From assembly GCA_963704305.1 (NCBI GenBank), contig OY969888.1, positions 1,264,830-1,328,829 of the forward strand: 64,000 nucleotides of DNA, given 5' to 3'. A program made the position numbers and the translations under genes. Positions within the stretch are counted from its first letter, which is position 1. Each line of letters starts with the position of its first letter. Source of the stretch: an uncultured Bacteroidota bacterium. Its GTDB lineage: Bacteria; Bacteroidota; Ignavibacteria; Kryptoniales; JAKASW01. Positions 55,890 to 64,000 of this stretch are shown here, piece after piece. The notes beneath the pieces were generated by a model, which was not told where the DNA came from, did not search any database, and was given only the letters and a program-made list of their open reading frames with translations.

Positions 55890-56639
55890 CTAATGGTTCA
55901 TACGATTGAATTGCTCCTCGAATTTGCTATGGGACGCCATCACAAGATTTTCCGCCTCTCCAACCGCATGCTCGAACTCGTCCTCTGCGAGAGCCTTCAT
56001 CACAGATACCGCCACATCCGAAGGGGAGATGCCTCTGAATGTCTGGCCTCTCCGGGCACGCGCGCCTCTGTCAAGATCGGTATCGACGGTCGGCGGAATG
56101 ATCTCGAACACCTTGATCGGCGTACTCTTCAACTGATGCCTGAGTGAGATGCTGAACGAATGGATCGCAGCTTTCGTTGCACAATAAACCGGCATGATCG
56201 CGATAGGAACGAAGCCCAGTCCAGAAGACACATTAATTATCGCTGCTTCGTTCCGTTGCATGAATGTCGGAATAAAATACGCAGAGAGATGGATGGTCGA
56301 TGTCAGGTTAACGTCCACCTCACTCTCGTTCCTTAAAAGCTCCTGGATCCCTTTTTGCAGATCGATCATTCGCTGTATGCCGGCATTGTTCACTAGGACG
56401 TTAATGTTCTTAAAGCTCGCGGCAACCCATTCAAAAAGCGACTCGCGATCCGATGCACTGGAGACATCGCATACTCTCGTGTGAATCCCGGGGAGCTTTG
56501 CTTTCGCTTCATTCAATTTCTCTTCCCGCCTCCCGCAGATTATTACTTCGTTTCCCGCCTTCACAAATTCTTCCGCGAGGCAGAACCCGATTCCGGTTCC
56601 TCCACCCGTGATTAACACTGTGTTCTCAGATATGTTCAT
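55890..56639 (-). CDS. SDR-family oxidoreductase (DltE-like)
   Basis: ITGGGTGIG, NNAGIQ, NVSSGLGF, YCATKAA. Confidence 0.9.
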   Translation of the reverse strand: MNISENTVLITGGGTGIGFCLAEEFVKAGNEVIICGRREEKLNEAKAKLPGIHTRVCDVSSASDRESLFEWVAASFKNINVLVNNAGIQRMIDLQKGIQELLRNESEVDVNLTSTIHLSAYFIPTFMQRNEAAIINVSSGLGFVPIAIMPVYCATKAAIHSFSISLRHQLKSTPIKVFEIIPPTVDTDLDRGARARRGQTFRGISPSDVAVSVMKALAEDEFEHAVGEAENLVMASHSKFEEQFNRMNH

Positions 56640-56760
56640 GAAAAATCTCCTATTCAAATTTTTGTATGCGCCATGAAATGACATAGAGAGGGATCACGAC
56701 ACCGTTGAAAGAAATACGATTAAGGACAATCAATAGTCTTCAATTGTCTCGATTGCGCAT

Positions 56761-57546
56761 TCACAACCACGACAGCTTTTTGTTATGGCTAGCACCACCG
56801 TTCTCAGCTACTACTTCGACAAAGATTTCCTCCAACGATGAGTAAGCATCCTCGCCAAGTTGATCTTTCAACTTGGTTCTAATCTCCTCCATCCTGCTCC
56901 GGAAGACTATTCTTCCTTTATTTATGATAGCAATCTCATCACACAACTTCTCCACGGTGTCGAGCACATGCGAGCTCAGCAGAACGGTTGTCCCCCTCTG
57001 TACCATCAACTTCAGATTATCCTTGATCATCTTCGCTGAAACAGGATCGATCGCTTCCAGCGGCTCATCGAGTATCAGGATTTTCGGCCTGTGGATGATC
57101 GCGGCGGCAAGCGACACCTTCTTCTTCATGCCGGCGGAGAGAGTTTCGATCCTTGCCTTCCTCTTCGACTCAAGATCGAGAAAATCTATCAACTCGTCAA
57201 TTCTCGACTTCGCTTCCGTGTCTTCTATTCCGTACATGGTCGCAACAAACCGCAGATATTCTCGCGCAGTGAGTTTCTCAATATAACGCGGGTTCTCAAG
57301 AACAAACCCGACATTCCTCTTGTACTCGAAATCCGTCGGTCGAATTTCCTCGCCGAGCAACCGAATTTGCCCGGCGTCTTTCTTCACAAGACCCGCGATG
57401 ATGTTTATCGTCGTCGACTTTCCCGCTCCGTTTGGACCGACGAATCCGAGAAGCGTACCCTCATCGACAACTAAATCCAAACCATCAAGGGCTTTGACAC
57501 CCTTCGCATATTCTTTCTGCAGTCCGACAAGTTCGATTCCTTTCAT
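56761..57546 (-). CDS. ABC transporter ATP-binding protein
   Basis: GPNGAGKST, LSAGMKKK, LILDEP, LLSSH. Confidence 0.95.
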   Translation of the reverse strand: MKGIELVGLQKEYAKGVKALDGLDLVVDEGTLLGFVGPNGAGKSTTINIIAGLVKKDAGQIRLLGEEIRPTDFEYKRNVGFVLENPRYIEKLTAREYLRFVATMYGIEDTEAKSRIDELIDFLDLESKRKARIETLSAGMKKKVSLAAAIIHRPKILILDEPLEAIDPVSAKMIKDNLKLMVQRGTTVLLSSHVLDTVEKLCDEIAIINKGRIVFRSRMEEIRTKLKDQLGEDAYSSLEEIFVEVVAENGGASHNKKLSWL

Positions 57547-59147
57547 TTCGATTCCTCTAGCAGCGTTTGGAATTCAGAAGACAATTTTTTTCCCCATGCG
57601 GGCATCCAGAAAAAGTGTGCGACGCCGAACAACCCGGCGACGAACATCAACCCAACCGCAAAATTAAACAACATAAGCAAAACGAAAATCATGCTTGCAA
57701 GAAATTGGACCACAAGCTCTATCACGAGTGAGACGAAGACGTGCTTCGAAAGTCTATTGAAAGCCAGGAAAAGCGTATTCACAGTCAGGACAAGAACCAA
57801 CGGCAGAAAAAGAGAGTATGTGAATCCCTGCACCTGCTGATAATACCCGAGTTTAAACATGTAGCCAAGTACAACAGAGGAGATCAGATTCATCCCGCTG
57901 ATAAGCACCCAGACGGAGAGCGACTTTCCATAAACGAATTTGGTGGGATCCATCGGAAGGATCGAAACATGTTTCAGCCGCAATCCGTGTCGAGTGAAAT
58001 AATTCTCCGTAAGGCCGATGCCAATCATCTGGGTTAGGACGAATATCGGAAGTACCAGCGAGGCGATCGGTTGGTGCATCTGATGGATCATCGATCTCGC
58101 ATAGATTACCGCGAAGAACGGATACACCAGGATTACAAAAAGAAGTCGCTCTTCCTTTTGATGTATCTTCCAGTCGAGGAAAATCAGGTGAGCAAAAGCT
58201 CGTACCACCGTACTCGTCGAATGTGAAGATGAGAGCGCACCTCCGGAATCGTGCTCGACGGCATCCGCGATTGGGGTCGAAGATGCGCGGAAGAAAACCT
58301 TCGCCACTCCTTTTTCCGAAGCGTCTCGCGGCCATGATATTCTCAATCTCTCACCGACTCTTGCGAGGATCGAATCCGCCGCAACGAAAAAGACGGCAAA
58401 CGCAAGCGCAATCAGGATTAAGTAGCTTATCTGTATCATCGCCCCGCTAATGTTAGAAGCGATTACGTTCTGCGATCCTTTCAGGAATTCGGAAGCCACA
58501 GGCACGTGCACGATCAATGCGCGGTTAAGGTGGATTACTGTCCGGAGAAAAATAACGACAAAGATGGGGAGCGTTGCTATCTGCGTTGCGGTTCTGGCGC
58601 CGAATCGGTTGGCCAGCTTACGAAGAAGAGGGAAAACCGCAAACAAGGACTCGGACATGATGAGATAAAAGGAAGCAAACAGGAGAAACATCACGACAGC
58701 CTGAGCGATGCTTCCTCTGATAGATAAAAAAGCAACCACCGCCAGCGTCGGAAGAGTGTAGAATAGAATTCGCTTGTCGAGCAACAACAAGAGAAAGCGA
58801 ACTGCAATCGAGCGTAACCTCGACAGTGGAAACAGGGCGAGGACGGAGCCGTCCAGAAGAGTAGTAGCAGCAAGCTTGGTTTGAATCGTGAAGTAATCAA
58901 ACATTATGACAAACAGAAGAAAAAGAAGGGGAAAGTACTGCACATCCATAGACATGGGAGCGACCATCGGAACAATTGCTATGCCGGCCGCGAGTATCCC
59001 ACAGAGTGAGTATGCCAGATACGACAGGAAGACGTTCGGCGCTTGTCTATTCGAGACAAGGAGGCTGGTCTTGATCAGAATCCTCAGCTTCGCTGGTGTT
59101 CGACCCACTCGACACTTCCGCTTTGCAGCTGAACAGGCTTTCGCCAA
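57543..59147 (-). CDS. ABC-2-type membrane permease (putative)
   Basis: About 12 hydrophobic segments in two halves; stop overlaps the ATPase start (ATGA). Confidence 0.65.
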   Translation of the reverse strand: MAKACSAAKRKCRVGRTPAKLRILIKTSLLVSNRQAPNVFLSYLAYSLCGILAAGIAIVPMVAPMSMDVQYFPLLFLLFVIMFDYFTIQTKLAATTLLDGSVLALFPLSRLRSIAVRFLLLLLDKRILFYTLPTLAVVAFLSIRGSIAQAVVMFLLFASFYLIMSESLFAVFPLLRKLANRFGARTATQIATLPIFVVIFLRTVIHLNRALIVHVPVASEFLKGSQNVIASNISGAMIQISYLILIALAFAVFFVAADSILARVGERLRISWPRDASEKGVAKVFFRASSTPIADAVEHDSGGALSSSHSTSTVVRAFAHLIFLDWKIHQKEERLLFVILVYPFFAVIYARSMIHQMHQPIASLVLPIFVLTQMIGIGLTENYFTRHGLRLKHVSILPMDPTKFVYGKSLSVWVLISGMNLISSVVLGYMFKLGYYQQVQGFTYSLFLPLVLVLTVNTLFLAFNRLSKHVFVSLVIELVVQFLASMIFVLLMLFNFAVGLMFVAGLFGVAHFFWMPAWGKKLSSEFQTLLEESK

Positions 59148-59298
59148 TTCTGGTATAAGATCGGCCTGGTTTCGTACTTCATGCAGCTTAGGTTAGACAC
59201 TCTCCGAGATCCCCTGCAAGCTCCGATGAAGCTAACAGCAGAAGACGAATAGAACAACCAGGACCGTAGGACTTCCCGCCCGCATGAATCAGAGAATG

Positions 59299-59772
59299 CT
59301 ATTTTGTCTCCGCGATGTGTGCAAGTTGAAATATCGTCCGAACATGGTGTGCTTCATGAAGGACGAAGAACTCAGTCCATTGTACCACGTTGAGACCTCC
59401 ACGCTTCTTGTGGATTCCTACACGGTCGAGCTCCTCCTCTGCCAGGCCGGTGATGAACTCAAAAATTTCATGTCGATCGCTGTTCAGCCTCTCAATAAGT
59501 CTTGCGGTATTCCATCCTCTCCATGCCTCGAATTCGGGATCGTACTCGGCGAGATACGCGTTGAAAATTGGATTATTCAAATGCAAAATCGCATTTATCC
59601 TTTCCTGGAAGACGGGCTGATACTTGGCAAGGTGCGCGATGTTGTCGTGGATCGACCACTTGCCCGGTTCCAGCTGTGCCATCACGCGTCTCTCGTCCAT
59701 GTCTTGAATTATGGCATCAATCGCGTCGTGCTGATTCTTCAAACGATCATAAAGTGATTGATAAAGTTTCAT
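59299..59772 (-). CDS. DinB family protein
   Basis: GKWSIHDNIAHL...FVLHEAHH. Confidence 0.85.
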   Translation of the reverse strand: MKLYQSLYDRLKNQHDAIDAIIQDMDERRVMAQLEPGKWSIHDNIAHLAKYQPVFQERINAILHLNNPIFNAYLAEYDPEFEAWRGWNTARLIERLNSDRHEIFEFITGLAEEELDRVGIHKKRGGLNVVQWTEFFVLHEAHHVRTIFQLAHIAETK

Positions 59773-59970
59773 ACAATTTCCCGCCTCTTAGATTTCTGAA
59801 CAGAACACTGACAATAAAAAAGTAAATTAGAATACACGAAGAGTCAAGCGGAAGAAAGCAGATTGGGCAGCCGGGGTAACTTTTGTCCCAGGCATTCTGT
59901 AAATTATCTGGACAATACAAATAAGGTACTAATCAACCTGTTTATCAATCGATAAGTTAAGGGGACCGAA

Positions 59971-61422
59971 ATGCGACTGAGACCTAGGTTACTGAGAATT
60001 CTATCGCTGGCATCATCAGCTGTTCTTCTTGCGGTCTTATCGAGTGCGGCCGCTCAAGTGCAACCTGACACTTCCATCGTCGGCATGTGGCAGGGGGCAC
60101 TCAACGTCGGAGGGATCAAGCTGAGAATAGTCTTCCACGTTACGAAAACCGACAGCAATACACTTGCCGCTACGATGGACAGCCCCGATCAGGGAGCGAC
60201 GGGAATACCAGTCAGCAAAGTGACAGTAAGCGGCGACTCGGTGGCTTTCACAGTTGCGGTCGCTGGCGGAAGTTTTGAGGGAAGAATTTCGGGCGACAAA
60301 AACTCAATAGATGGAAAATGGAAGCAGAACGGTGCCGTCCTCCCACTTGCACTGAATCGGACGACGACCGTGATTGAATTCAAGAGACCTCAGGAGCCGA
60401 AGCCTCCCTTCCCGTACAAATCCGAAGAAGTGGCATATGAGAACTCAGCCGAGGGAGTGAATCTTGCCGGAACACTCACGATGCCAGATTCCGGCGGACC
60501 GTTTCCCGCCGCTATCCTTATAACCGGTTCCGGTCCGCAGAACCGCAACGAAGAACTTCTCGGACACAAACCCTTTCTAGTCATCGCGGATTATCTGACG
60601 CGAAAAGGCATCGCCGTTCTGAGGGTTGACGACCGCGGAGTCGGCGGCTCCACAGGTAGCACAAGCAACTCAACCACGGCGGACTTCGCGACCGATGTCC
60701 TCGCGGGAATAAAATTCCTGAAAAGCAGAAGCGATATAAATCCAACCGAGATCGGACTCATCGGACATAGTGAGGGGGGAATAATTGCGCCGATGGTCGC
60801 GTCACAATCCAAAGATGTTGCATTCATTGTAATGCTTGCAGGAACAGGATTGCCGGGAGAAGACATAATTCTGATGCAGACAAGACTCATCGAAGAAGCA
60901 GGCGGCGCGGCGTCAGATAAAATAAGGGAAGACCTCAGCAGAGGTGAGAAGGTTTACACGATCATTAAATCAGGAAGCGATAGCGCCAAAATCGCGGAGA
61001 ATCTCCGAGGTTATTTGAAGTCGACACTTCCAGAATGGGGTGCGGACATTCAAAAAAACGGCGGTGATCCGGAGAAAACGATCGATTCGCGGGTAAAGTC
61101 GCTTGACTCACCGTGGTTCCGCTACTTTCTCACGTATGACCCGCGGCCTGCACTTGAGAAGGTGAAGTGTCCAGTGCTGGCAATGGGCGGCACTCTGGAT
61201 TTGCAAGTCCCTGCAAAGGAGAACCTGAAGGAAATTGAAACGGTGTTGAAGAAAGGTGGCAACAAAGACTTCACGATCAAGCTTATGCCGGGCTTGAACC
61301 ACCTGTTCCAGGATGCAAAGACGGGCTCTCCGAATGAATATGCACAGATCGAGGAGACTTTTTCGCCGGCAGCATTGAAAGTGATTGGAGATTGGATTGT
61401 AAAAAGAACGAGTCAAAAGTAA
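59971..61422 (+). CDS. Secreted alpha/beta serine hydrolase with an N-terminal beta domain
   Basis: Signal peptide, RPQEPKPPFPY, ITGSGPQNRNE, DDRGVG, GHSEGG nucleophile, DLQV, LNHLFQ. Confidence 0.88.
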   Translation: MRLRPRLLRILSLASSAVLLAVLSSAAAQVQPDTSIVGMWQGALNVGGIKLRIVFHVTKTDSNTLAATMDSPDQGATGIPVSKVTVSGDSVAFTVAVAGGSFEGRISGDKNSIDGKWKQNGAVLPLALNRTTTVIEFKRPQEPKPPFPYKSEEVAYENSAEGVNLAGTLTMPDSGGPFPAAILITGSGPQNRNEELLGHKPFLVIADYLTRKGIAVLRVDDRGVGGSTGSTSNSTTADFATDVLAGIKFLKSRSDINPTEIGLIGHSEGGIIAPMVASQSKDVAFIVMLAGTGLPGEDIILMQTRLIEEAGGAASDKIREDLSRGEKVYTIIKSGSDSAKIAENLRGYLKSTLPEWGADIQKNGGDPEKTIDSRVKSLDSPWFRYFLTYDPRPALEKVKCPVLAMGGTLDLQVPAKENLKEIETVLKKGGNKDFTIKLMPGLNHLFQDAKTGSPNEYAQIEETFSPAALKVIGDWIVKRTSQK

Positions 61423-61525
61423 AAAGTCAAAGGTCAAAAAAATCGGGCAACCTTATCCTAAGAAAATCGAAGCGTAAGTGTAGACTCTCTTCCTCTTTTT
61501 GACTTTTGAATTTTGCCTCTTGACC
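61411..61525. repeat. Inverted arrays of 7-bp tandem repeats between convergent genes
   Basis: AGTCAAA AGTAAAA AGTCAAA GGTCAAA (61411-61438) opposite TTTGACT TTTGAAT TTTGCCT CTTGACC (61498-61525). Confidence 0.8.
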
Positions 61526-61532
61526 TATCGTC

Positions 61533-62078
61533 TCATTTCTTCAGCCTGTCCTGATACATCTTCCTGAACTTCGCGACTTTCGGAGCTACGACTGCTCGGC
61601 AGTACGGCTGATTTGGATTGTTCGCGAAATATTCCTGGTGATAATCTTCAGCCTCATAGAATACTGTGAACGGTGAAAGCTCGGTCACGATGGGACCGGT
61701 CCAGATTTTTTCCGCTTCGATTTCTTTCATCACCTCTTTCGCAATGCGTTCCTGTTCTTCATCGTGATAAAAGATGACCGAGCGATATTGAGTACCAACA
61801 TCATTCCCCTGGCGATTGAGCGTGGTAGGATCATGAACCGTGAAATAGATTCTGAGGATATCTCGATAAGAGATCGATTGCGGATTGAAAGTGATCTGAA
61901 CGACTTCCGCGTGCCCGGTTTTGCCCGTACAAACTTCCTGGTACGTTGGATTTGGTACAGTTCCTCCGGAATAGCCGGACTCGACACCAACCACTCCTTT
62001 GAGTTCATCGAACACAGCTTCCACACACCAAAAACATCCGCCTCCAAGCGTTGCGATCCGTTGATCCGTGGATTCCAT
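61533..62078 (-). CDS. msrA: Peptide-methionine (S)-S-oxide reductase
   Basis: GGGCFWC, YSGG...[39 protein letters not shown]. Confidence 0.97.
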   Translation of the reverse strand: MESTDQRIATLGGGCFWCVEAVFDELKGVVGVESGYSGGTVPNPTYQEVCTGKTGHAEVVQITFNPQSISYRDILRIYFTVHDPTTLNRQGNDVGTQYRSVIFYHDEEQERIAKEVMKEIEAEKIWTGPIVTELSPFTVFYEAEDYHQEYFANNPNQPYCRAVVAPKVAKFRKMYQDRLKK

Positions 62079-62193
62079 CTTGTTTTCTCCTCAATCGAAT
62101 TCTCGTAAGCTCTCGAACATCACAATAGAGTTCAGGTTCTCTTGCAAATTCCGGGGACAAGCTAAGTTCGCATTGTCCGGTGTTACTACTCCC

Positions 62194-63999
62194 TTATCTT
62201 TTCACGATCCGCACACCGAACACACCACCTGCAATTCTGCCGGGGTGCGCCTGAAACCGGACTGTGATATCGTTCCTTCCTCTGGTGAGAGAGTCCGGAA
62301 GAGAATATGTCACATCGAAAAACTTATTTGGTTTGTCCATCAGCAGCTTCTGTGTCGCGATTTTCGTGCTGTCCACAAGGATGTCGAACTCCCTCTGACC
62401 TCGTTCGCTTCCCCAGTACGTGACCATGAGATCGTTTGGTTTGTCCGGTTGGACTTTAACATTGAACGAGAACCATCCTCCTTCGGTGGCCTGTCGCCAC
62501 TGCCGGTCCATAAACTCACCGACGTTCGAATTCTCTCCTTTAAGACCGTGATTATCTTCATCCTGAGTTTCGCCGACGTTTAACACATCAATAGTGCGCG
62601 ATTCAAGTTCTTTAAGTCGCAACTGTTCGGCATGGTAAAGAGAATCTTCTGCCTGCCATTCCCGTTCGGTGTAGAGGTCCCAGTAAACTGAATAGCGTCT
62701 GTCGTGTATCTGATAAAACGGAATCATCTCTACATCGCTGGGACGACCGACATCTTGGGTATGAAACACTAACGGTTTGCCTTCGACCTGCACAGCCCAC
62801 TCCGACACCGGCCTATTATCAGTGACGAATGCTGGAACCCGTGTGTGAACGCCTACCGGACTCAGATCACCGGCAAGCAATATCGGGCCGTAAAATACCG
62901 CGACACGATTAGGATCGTCCGGCATAGATTCGGTGCGAACAAACAGCTGCATGTCAACCTCTACCACGTCGCCGTTCCGCCACACGCGATCAAGAGTCAC
63001 ATAACTCTGAGGCTTGCTGTTCACATTTACAGTCTTGCCGTTGATCTTGACATTGAAATATTTCGTGGCCCAAAATGGGTGACGCACTTTTATTGACAGC
63101 TTCACAGGCTTCTCACATGAGAGCAGCAGCCTTGTCGCACCAGACTCCGGAAAGTTAGTTTCTTGCCGGACTCGCAAACCTTTCTCTGTCCAGTTCAACT
63201 CGGATGCGATGAACAAGTTCACGTAAAGAGAGGAGTCACTGTGAAAATAGATGTTGTCGTTGTAGCGCGCATGGTTTTCCATGCCGGTGCCGGTGCAGCA
63301 GGCGAAGTCGTTGAACGGAGTCATGAACTGTTTGTGGCCGCCGGGCATCAACGACACGTAGTAGCAGACCATGCCGTTCTCAGGATTCTGCGAAGCGAGA
63401 ATGTGGTTCCAGACAGCACGTTCGTAATAATCGGCGTACTCGGCACGAGGATCGTGGCAAAACAGGTGTCGAGTCAATTTGAGCATATTGTAGGTGTTGC
63501 AGGTCTCCGTCGTATTGGAGTTGAGATAGTTGTTCAATTTGTCCGGAGGACTGAAAGATTCCCAGTCGCTGTTTCCCCCGGTAACGTATGAGTGGTGGTA
63601 AACTACAGCCTGCCAGAAGAATTGCGCCATCGCTGCGAATCTCTGTTCACCCATCAGTTGATAAATTCTCTCCGCTCCGATGAGTTTTGGAAATTGAGTG
63701 TTGGCATGCAAACCGGCGAGGTCATCCTTTCCGGCAGCGAGAGGATCAAGGACGACGTGGTCGTAAAACTTCTTCGCCAGCTCGAGATACTTTTTATCTC
63801 CGGTCAGTGCATAGACGTCAGCCATGACCTCGTTCATCCCGCCGTACTCGCAGACAAGCATTTTTTGCCATTGAGCCTCATCGAGATTCTTGGTCGTTTC
63901 GTACACCCACCCGGCAAGGCGTACCATGATATCCTTCGCCTTCTTGTTTCCACAATAGAGATAGCTGTCTCTCAATCCGGCGAAGAGTTTGTGTACCGT
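62194..63999 (-). CDS. GH127/GH146 beta-L-arabinofuranosidase-like protein, 5'-truncated by the window edge
   Basis: Frame is open to the edge (TVHKLFAGL); EYGGMNE, LHANTQ, GGNS..E, ETCNTYNMLKL, DYYERA..NHIL, CCTGTGMEN. Confidence 0.9.
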   Translation of the reverse strand, partial: TVHKLFAGLRDSYLYCGNKKAKDIMVRLAGWVYETTKNLDEAQWQKMLVCEYGGMNEVMADVYALTGDKKYLELAKKFYDHVVLDPLAAGKDDLAGLHANTQFPKLIGAERIYQLMGEQRFAAMAQFFWQAVVYHHSYVTGGNSDWESFSPPDKLNNYLNSNTTETCNTYNMLKLTRHLFCHDPRAEYADYYERAVWNHILASQNPENGMVCYYVSLMPGGHKQFMTPFNDFACCTGTGMENHARYNDNIYFHSDSSLYVNLFIASELNWTEKGLRVRQETNFPESGATRLLLSCEKPVKLSIKVRHPFWATKYFNVKINGKTVNVNSKPQSYVTLDRVWRNGDVVEVDMQLFVRTESMPDDPNRVAVFYGPILLAGDLSPVGVHTRVPAFVTDNRPVSEWAVQVEGKPLVFHTQDVGRPSDVEMIPFYQIHDRRYSVYWDLYTEREWQAEDSLYHAEQLRLKELESRTIDVLNVGETQDEDNHGLKGENSNVGEFMDRQWRQATEGGWFSFNVKVQPDKPNDLMVTYWGSERGQREFDILVDSTKIATQKLLMDKPNKFFDVTYSLPDSLTRGRNDITVRFQAHPGRIAGGVFGVRIVKR

Positions 64000-64000
64000 G

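Overview
Bacterial chromosomal window. T9SS/Por-type C-terminal sorting domains, a DUF5686 outer-membrane protein and a TonB receptor without SusD suggest an FCB-group organism, probably Ignavibacteria/Kryptonia-like (inference). From left to right: the 3' part of katG; a frameshifted acyl-ACP desaturase; a DUF433/PIN toxin-antitoxin pair; a minus-strand cluster of proline dehydrogenase, HOGA1-like aldolase, an inserted DUF559 gene, an alanine-glyoxylate aminotransferase and P5C dehydrogenase; mixed housekeeping genes (AraC-Ogt, SemiSWEET, aroC, VOC/AraC, DinB); a polyphosphate cluster (ppx, CHAD, sixA, ppk1); a small cassette-like island with hicBA and degenerate attC-like sites; a ~26 kb co-oriented galactan/galactoside utilization locus (TonB receptor, T9SS-sorted beta-helix-like protein, GH59, four GH2, GH53, SDR, galK, sugar porter) with a divergent LacI regulator, recognisable LacI-type operators and a second galK-galT operon; then GNAT, SDR, ABC pair, DinB, a secreted hydrolase, msrA and the 3' part of a GH127/GH146 enzyme. 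The best candidate for an undescribed system is the 3.6-9.2 kb cluster, which matches the mammalian-type 4-hydroxyproline catabolic route (PRODH/ALDH4A1/HOGA1/AGXT) rather than the known bacterial routes. Next is the SusD-less PUL with a T9SS-sorted partner beside the TonB receptor. No rRNA, tRNA, CRISPR array, integrase or transposase was seen. All family assignments come from motif recognition by eye; no searches were run.
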